27,540 bases of DNA from Picochlorum sp. SENEW3 (taxonomy: Eukaryota), in contig CP120464.1 of NCBI GenBank assembly GCA_034226945.1, forward strand, positions 744,001-771,540, read 5' to 3'. Shown piece by piece: positions 21,065 through 27,540 of the stretch. The notes below the pieces were generated by a model. That model was given only the letters and a program-made list of their open reading frames with translations, searched no databases and was not told the origin of the DNA. Within the stretch, counting starts at the first letter, position 1, and each line of letters begins with the position of its first letter. The position numbers and the translations under genes were made by a program.

Positions 21065-22017
21065 TTGCGTGGGCGGCCTCCTCGTGAGGGAACCCGGCTG
21101 CCTGTGCGACTGAGGAAGCTTGGGGTGTCAATGAGAAGCGCCCACGTTGCAAGTGGTTCCTTCCTGGTGGCCCGTGCCTGTCAGGAGACAGAGCAGTGGC
21201 CGCCAGCTGGGTGTCCAGATACCATTCCAGGCATGTGAGGATTGCACTCACTAAAAACTCACTCCCACACCTCGGGGACATGGGAGTGAACAGCCCCGAG
21301 CCTGGGGGCGGTGGTCCTTTCAGCAAAGAACTGCCTTACACACGTTGCCACAACGGGATTTGTGGCTGGCTGCTGCTGGCCTCGCCACTCGAGGCTGTGT
21401 CTTCTTCATCCTCTTCCTCATCCACCAGCCAAGACATGGCTGCGTCCTCTGGTGCCTGCATTGAGGAACCATGACTGTCTGTATCCTGCACACTGGGCAT
21501 CACATGGGTGGAGAGACCTCCAAGGCACGCTGTCCACACCGTGTCACAAGAGGTCATCCCTCGGGGCACACACATTCAAAGCCTGGCAAGAGGCACACTT
21601 CGTGCCATTTGGACAATCTGTGGAGCAGGCCTGGCCACGCGTTCAGTCTGGTCCTAAGAAGCCGATGCATGTCCACCGGGGTGGTCCGGTGTGTGCTAAT
21701 CTTCAGGTATGTCTTCGTGTTCTGCATATTGTTGGCAAAGTAGTGTCCCCCAGCCGCTGCCGTGCTGGTGGACCGGTATTCTCTGCTCAATGCCTCTTTC
21801 ACTTGCTTAGCCACCGTCTTTGGCTGTAGGTCTTCAACATCTGCAGGCGAGAGTCCCAAGCGTGCCATCTGTGTGCTGAAGATCCTGCTGGAGGGCTGGG
21901 TCCAGCTGAGCCGAGAGAAGCTGCGGTCTCTGACGAAATCTGCACGTACCCGTTGGGACGTGGCAATAGCGCTGATGTTTGCTATGTCCAATTCCTCATG
22001 AACGAGGTGGGTGCTGA
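21064..22017 (-). mobile_element. LINE copy 3: same deletions as copy 2 plus one more; lacks the tail and the last ~108 nt
   Basis: Repeats copy 2 at a 1400-bp offset (19664 vs 21064). Extra deletion at aaatctgca|cgtacc (about 21944). Similarity stops at about 22017. Confidence 0.92.
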
Positions 22018-22230
22018 GGATGGGTCGGACCAGGACCACCAGTTGGCAGCACTCAGCAGTGGCAAGGGCAATCCTTCGTTTTGATCGATGTAGATCATGG
22101 CAAAGGGAAATTCAGCCGTCCTCAGGCATGCGATCTATCAGTGGTGATTGAGAGAGAATTCATCAAAGAGGCCTGCCGTCCTGTAGCACCAAGGAGTGAC
22201 CCAAAGTTCAGGTCCTAAACCATTGCTTAG

Positions 22231-23650
22231 GACAGGGTTGCAAACTTTGCAGCTGCAGAGACAGTGGCCGAGGAGACCTGACTGTGCCAATCGGTAGGAT
22301 CTGACTTAGCACAATGTAAAAGTGAGCTCGCGAATCTGGAACAAACTAAAGAGATATCGCCACCATCGATCAAAGTACCCAATTGGGCCGTTTGCAATTG
22401 CAGTGCGCACTGCCAGTCGACTGGCAGCGCTGCCAGGACCATGGAACGCGAAGTCTTTACCCGATACAAGGCCACGTCCGACGGGCGGCAATCCTGGTAA
22501 ATATTTTTGACAAATTGTTTTAATGGCCCTACAATTACGTATAACTCCTCCTCTACATAATGCTACCGAAAATGAGGAATATGTCCCATCCAAACATCCA
22601 TGCGAGCGTGCACAAACGTCAACTTGGCGCCTCCGCGAAATCGACACCTGTTTTTTCCGTGCAAAAGTCAACTTTCTCGATAGCGGACCAAATCACGCTC
22701 CACAAAGGCCAGAATCATGTTCATCAAGTATAGAATCTCAAACTATTCAGGAGGTATCGATCGAGACCCTGCGCAAGGAATTGGCCGAGCTCAACTGCCA
22801 CGAATGTCGTAGCGCAACGACCTTGCGGGTTCTCCTCCCGTGAGCTGGGGGCCTTCTAAAGCGGTGTAACTGCAATTCAGAGAGAAGAGAAGTCATATGC
22901 GGATTGATTGATACCACGGGGCTGCTTCGGGACCATCTCTTTGACACACATTCGGCTGTGGGCAGAGTCATCCTTCGTTTTGTTGGTCTGTGAAATCCTT
23001 GAGGGAAAACCCCGGCGGTCAGCAGCATAGGAGGAAATCATTGGAGAAGTTGCGAACAAACTGCCAGGGCAGGACAGGAGTCTTTCAATTTTACATCACT
23101 GGGGAAGTGGCCCAAAGCGTGGTCACAAACATCACCAAGGTTGTCCTGACCCTCAACATGGTTGTGATGTACCTCAGGGAGACGATATTCTGCAACAGAA
23201 CGGTCCACGTGGGACTCGGTCGTCGAAATGGAGATGGCGAGACGCTGCACGAGGGCTTACGACTAGGCAAGCACGTCTGGGCTCAAAACAAGGCTGCAAA
23301 CTTTGCAGCTGCAGCATCATTCAGATGGCTGAGCAGCCTTGAATGTTCCATGGTGTCAACATCTGTAGAATCTTATAAGTTATGCAGTGTAAGTGCGAGC
23401 TCACGAATATGAAGCAAACAAAATGGATGTCACCACCATCGCTTGGATCAAAGGCCCCTTGATACCAGCACTGCCAGTCGACTGGCAACGACGATGGCCA
23501 TGGCCATGGAAGGCGAAGCCCACCGGACACAAGGCCACGCACGACGGGCAAGACCCCTAGTCACAATCTAAGGAAATGCAAGTCAATTTTCACAGGGAAG
23601 GAGATTGTAGGGGATGCACCTGCTGTGACGGCCACGGAGCAGTCGAGTGC
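22231..23650 (+). pseudogene. Two diverged copies (22231-22495, 23290-23555) of a possible gag C-terminal relic followed by a zinc-knuckle-like motif
   Basis: The duplication is directly visible (tgcaaactttgcagctgcag, gagctc.cgaat, gcactgccagtcgactggca, acaaggccacg). The gag call is weak: LHEGLRLGKHVWAQNKAANFAAA and CRGCTCCDGHGAVEC (23606-23650) with non-canonical spacing. Confidence 0.35.
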
Positions 23651-24116
23651 CGATACCCCCGCAGAATGCAGGTGAAGGTGCTGCAGAGGATGGCACTCGT
23701 TTAGAATATTACAATACTCACACCTCTATTCCCAAGAAAACAGCACCGTTCGAAGAGCTGTTAGAAAGAGATCGAGTCGTATTGGAGACACCAATTTTTT
23801 CATCCTATCGTTTTCCAAAAATCCCCTGTAACTTGTGAGAGAATCCATTGGCATTCCCGAGGTTGAGCACCACATTTGCCTTTGGCAGCAGTATGTATTC
23901 GACCCTCTTCCCAAAAAGCAATAGATTTCACACAAAGATGATGCGTGTGAAAAGTGTAAGGAAATACAAGTCAGATATAGCGACTTTGTTGTACCAAAAT
24001 CTCAAAAGTGGCTCAGACATCGATTCGTACACGTGGGTTGCTGTTAGCTGTTGATTTGCAATAGCTTGAGCTCAAACTGCTTGGGCAGGAACTCAATGAT
24101 ATAGGTTCAGAACACG

Positions 24117-24278
24117 TGTGTGCGTTCTATCACTTTAGATGTTAGTACAAGTTACAATAGTTACTTGCTTATATATCTTCGTTGACTGTTATTGTTCTCT
24201 CCATGCTTATATACCTTGGCAACCATCATGAGTAAGTGGTTGTTCTAATTTAGATGATTTAAGACGTAACAGTTTCTA
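24117..24278 (+). repeat. Left inverted repeat (162 bp)
   Basis: Reverse complement of 27379-27540. The outer 132 bp are identical; mismatches occur only at 24249, 24250 and 24273. Confidence 0.97.
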
Positions 24279-24340
24279 GTACCTCCTCTGTATCTTTGCC
24301 TTCGCCTGATGCCACATCACGTCGCTTGAAACTTTGCGCC

Positions 24341-27300
24341 ATGCTCATGGAAGAAGACGAGCTGGTTGATCTGTGGCACAATAAAGCAGACCTAGTCGAA
24401 TATTGCTGCACATTGAATTATCAGGGTCCTCCATACCCATTTGTTGGGAATGTTGAATTGCCTGATTCTTCTCCCAAATCACAATTTCATGTCGGTTTGA
24501 ATGATACGAGACTAACGAATTTCTTGCATAGCAATCAAGATATCTTTGTTCAGGGTTTACCGCCATTGCCGCCGCGAAGGCCAGGTTTTGATGTGAAATT
24601 GTCTTTGAAAGAAGGCGCTCAACCGCCTACAACATACTTTAAATGGCCTACAGCGGAAGAGGAGGCTTTTCTTAGACAAAAAGTTGACGAGCTGTTGAAA
24701 GAAGGATTCATCGTACCTAGTACATCTGCTTTTGGGAGTCATGTTTTGTTTGTCAAGAAGAAGGATGGCTCCATGCGCATGGTAGTTGATTACCGTGCGA
24801 TTAATAAGCTCATCGTGGATCAAGCGTCGGATTTGCCACCTATTCAATATCTCCTCAGCAAGATTCGCCATCGCAAGGTTCTCAGCTCGCTTGACTGTGC
24901 AAGTGGGTATTGGCAACTCCGATTGCAAGATCGTCAGTCTATGGAACTGTCATCTTTCATCACGCCGATGGGTCGGTGCATCTTTAAAGTGCTACCGTTT
25001 GGACTCCGAGTAGCACCAGGTCATTTCTCTAGGCGTTTGGCCTCAATTTTAGGGGATCTGCTTGCCACCGGTGAAGTGTTCTTCTATATGGATGACATGT
25101 TCATAGGTACTGACTGTGTCCCACGCCATCTTGAAATTTTACGAATTCTGCTCGACCGTCTCCGTCAGTATCAGCTCTATTTGAATTCGAGCAAATGTTT
25201 CTTTTTCTTTGAGCGTTTGGAATGGCTTGGACATGTTATTTCTGCCAATGGAATAGAAGTTACCCCTCAGAAGGTGCAAGCCATCCAGCAATTGAAGCCT
25301 CCAGAGAACCTATCTCAATTGCGTTCAGTTTTGGGTCTCACAAACTTTTATCGACGGTTTTGTCAAGGCTATGCAAAGATTGCCGCCATTCTGTCCGAGC
25401 TGCTGAAAGGTAAAACGCTGGTGTGGTCTGCACAAGCTCAAATAGCCTTTGAAACATTGAAGAAGCTGATTACCAGTGCGCCTGTTCTCGCTGTGCCAGA
25501 GCCCACACAGCCGTTTTTGATTCAATGTGATGCCAGTGATTTAGCCCTCGGTGCTGTTTTGATGCAGAATCCCACAGGTAAAGGCTGGCAGCCCATAGAG
25601 TACTTGTCCCACAAGTTCACTGATACCGAAGCGAGATATGGTATTTGTGAGAAGGAGACTTTAGCTATTGTGTATTGTCTCAAACAGTGGGCCAAATTCC
25701 TCACACAATCCCCCCAGGTAATTGTCGAAACAGATAACGCCGCAGCCGCTCGTATGCTCGCACAACGAGAACTTCTCAAGGGCCGAAGAGAAGTTGGCTA
25801 CCTGCAAGTGCTATCTCAGTATCGAGATGGGCAATTAATTATTCGTCATTTGCCAGGTGCCAAGAACAAGGTCTCTGATCCTTTATCCAGATTGCCGAAT
25901 GGGGTGCATCAGGCACAGACTCTACCCTCCTCAGATGTCGAGCCTCATCATTTGCTAGCAGTGTCGGAACAGCCCAACGAGCTGGCGGATCCAATTCAGT
26001 ATATGTGTGATACGATTCGGAAGTCGTACTCGGAGGACCCCTGGACATCTGTTTTGTTGCGTTGTGTGCTTGAACCTCAACGAGCACCTTACAGCACATG
26101 TAGTCGGTTGTGTCGTAAAATCGACCCCAGGAGTTGTCGATTGGAGAATGGACTGCTGAGAGGTGAATATTGTGAAGTCACCATCATTCCTAATTGCCCA
26201 CAGACTGATGCTCTCAGACAGAATATTCTTCGTCAGTTTCATGAGCAGTGTGTTCATGGAGCACACCAGGAAACTAAAGCCAGATTAAGTCGGCATTTTT
26301 ATTGGAAGCATCATCTTCATGAGTGTCATTTGTTTGTCTCGCGTTGTCATGTGTGCCAGTGTGCCAAGGACAGTACTCAGAAGCCGTTTAATAATGCTCA
26401 GGCTTTGCCAGTTCCTCCACATCCCTTTCATACAGTGCATATGGACGTTTGTTCAGGTTTTCCAGCTGTCGAACTGTCGGTTTCTGGTCATGTGGAGATA
26501 GTGGATTGTATTGTTGTGTTTGTTGACAGTCTGACCAAATTCGTGGTCATTGTCGCCACCTCCAAGAAAGGGTTAACTGGTGCCAAGATTGCTGACCTGT
26601 ATTTTCATCATGTTTTCAAGCGTTTTGGGATCTCGCATCGTTTGATTTCGGATAGAGGTAGTGAATTCGTGAATGACTTTTCTGCTCGCCTGAATGTGTG
26701 TTTCCAAATCGAAGTGAGCCGTACAACGTCCTATCATCCAGCAGGAAATGGTCAAGTGGAACGATATAATAGGCTCATACTGAATAAATTGCGCTGTCTT
26801 ATGCATCCTTCCGATGATGATAATCGTCATGCGCGAAATTGGGCTGATAAGCTCACTATGATTGAATTTGCGTTGAATTCGTTGGTGAATACAAGAACGA
26901 AGCATTCCCCATTCTTTCTGAATCATGGTCGTGAATTAGTCTTCCCTATGGAATTTGAGCGCCAATTACTTCTGGATCCTCATAATACAGATGTGCAGAC
27001 TCGATTACAGAACATTCAAGCAGCACAGATACAAGCCAGAGAGGCTTTAGACCATTATCAAATGACAAAGGTTGTGTCTGGTCAACGAAAATTCCAAAAG
27101 CACAACTTTAAGCCAGGTGATCGTGTTCTTTTGAATGTGAAATATTTGCATCTGGGATCTGCAATTAAGTTGCCGAAGCTCATTCCACGTTTCATTGGTC
27201 CTTTTACTATTCAGCGTATGCTTTCGCCAAACACTGCTCTCATCTTTTGGACTGATTTGTGTGATTCTGGCACTCCTAAATCCAAATTAGACTTGGAGTT

Positions 27301-27412
27301 GATCCAGACAATGCGTCGTGCTCGACCAGTGTTACATGTTAAATGGTTTCGCAGGTATAATACTGATAAAGCCCAGTGTAGAACCTGTTACGTCTTAAAT
27401 CATCTATTTTAG
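24341..27412 (+). CDS. pol: Ty3/Gypsy-type Pol: RT, RNase H, integrase (no protease, no gag, no chromodomain seen)
   Basis: RT: VKKKDGSMRMVVDYR, LDCASGYWQ, LPFGL, YMDD. RNase H: CDAS, EKETLA, ETDN, DPLSR. Integrase: H-X4-H...CHVC, VHMD, ISDRGSEF, GQVERYN (D-35-E counted), PRFIGPF. The frame is open from 24263; the first ATG is at 24341. Confidence 0.95.
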   Translation: MLMEEDELVDLWHNKADLVEYCCTLNYQGPPYPFVGNVELPDSSPKSQFHVGLNDTRLTNFLHSNQDIFVQGLPPLPPRRPGFDVKLSLKEGAQPPTTYFKWPTAEEEAFLRQKVDELLKEGFIVPSTSAFGSHVLFVKKKDGSMRMVVDYRAINKLIVDQASDLPPIQYLLSKIRHRKVLSSLDCASGYWQLRLQDRQSMELSSFITPMGRCIFKVLPFGLRVAPGHFSRRLASILGDLLATGEVFFYMDDMFIGTDCVPRHLEILRILLDRLRQYQLYLNSSKCFFFFERLEWLGHVISANGIEVTPQKVQAIQQLKPPENLSQLRSVLGLTNFYRRFCQGYAKIAAILSELLKGKTLVWSAQAQIAFETLKKLITSAPVLAVPEPTQPFLIQCDASDLALGAVLMQNPTGKGWQPIEYLSHKFTDTEARYGICEKETLAIVYCLKQWAKFLTQSPQVIVETDNAAAARMLAQRELLKGRREVGYLQVLSQYRDGQLIIRHLPGAKNKVSDPLSRLPNGVHQAQTLPSSDVEPHHLLAVSEQPNELADPIQYMCDTIRKSYSEDPWTSVLLRCVLEPQRAPYSTCSRLCRKIDPRSCRLENGLLRGEYCEVTIIPNCPQTDALRQNILRQFHEQCVHGAHQETKARLSRHFYWKHHLHECHLFVSRCHVCQCAKDSTQKPFNNAQALPVPPHPFHTVHMDVCSGFPAVELSVSGHVEIVDCIVVFVDSLTKFVVIVATSKKGLTGAKIADLYFHHVFKRFGISHRLISDRGSEFVNDFSARLNVCFQIEVSRTTSYHPAGNGQVERYNRLILNKLRCLMHPSDDDNRHARNWADKLTMIEFALNSLVNTRTKHSPFFLNHGRELVFPMEFERQLLLDPHNTDVQTRLQNIQAAQIQAREALDHYQMTKVVSGQRKFQKHNFKPGDRVLLNVKYLHLGSAIKLPKLIPRFIGPFTIQRMLSPNTALIFWTDLCDSGTPKSKLDLELIQTMRRARPVLHVKWFRRYNTDKAQCRTCYVLNHLF

Positions 27413-27540
27413 AACAACCACTTACTCATGATGGTTGCCAAGGTATATAAGCATGGAGAGAACAATAACAGTCAACGAAGATATATAAGCAAGTAACTAT
27501 TGTAACTTGTACTAACATCTAAAGTGATAGAACGCACACA
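27379..27540 (-). repeat. Right inverted repeat (162 bp, reaches the window edge)
   Basis: Reverse complement of the left repeat. It contains the pol stop codon (27410-27412) and two TATATAAGCA motifs on the + strand. Confidence 0.97.

Larger units (their letters stand above)
24117..27540 (+). mobile_element. Inverted-repeat-bounded element encoding Gypsy-type RT-RNaseH-integrase
   Basis: 162-bp inverted repeats, TGT...ACA at the visible ends, interior filled by a single ORF. The right flank lies outside the window, so the true termini are unconfirmed. Confidence 0.8.

Noticed and set aside
20154..21326. 390-aa ORF with RT thumb motifs
   Set aside because: It is an incidental in-frame fusion of the copy 3 tail/3' UTR to the copy 2 RT remnant, with a non-ATG start and no catalytic core.
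22231..24116. Gag-like relics as the gag of the adjacent intact pol
   Set aside because: They are heavily decayed and lie outside the left inverted repeat, whereas pol is intact; no protease motif links them.
24117..27540. DIRS-type element, or a simple nanopore fold-back
   Set aside because: It encodes a DDE integrase rather than a tyrosine recombinase. The arms are separated by 3.1 kb of unique ORF, unlike a read fold-back. An artefact is not fully excluded without reads.

Overview
This is a repeat- and transposon-rich window from a eukaryote (a CCA-less tRNA gene with a Pol III T-tract, homopolymer/microsatellite-rich spacers); the host cannot be named from the sequence. Left to right: (1) a chimeric start containing Oxford Nanopore adapter and control-strand sequence (495-633); (2) three modules of leader + 160-bp tandem array + a shared terminal motif ending CCCCTTTACA (634-6382); (3) four degenerate hairpin/palindrome repeats; (4) a decayed Ty3/Gypsy integrase; (5) an uninterrupted ~1500-aa minus-strand ORF with two NUMOD4/HNH-like domains; (6) tRNA-Asp(GTC), with a single-ORF APE-RT LINE ending 54 bp upstream of it and two internally deleted copies stacked behind; (7) gag-like relics; (8) a 3.4-kb element in which an intact Gypsy-type RT-RNaseH-integrase ORF, with no gag or protease, lies between 162-bp inverted repeats (TGT...ACA). 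Item 8 is the most unusual: a Ginger-like architecture that still carries RT. All calls come from reading motifs by eye; no database search was run.
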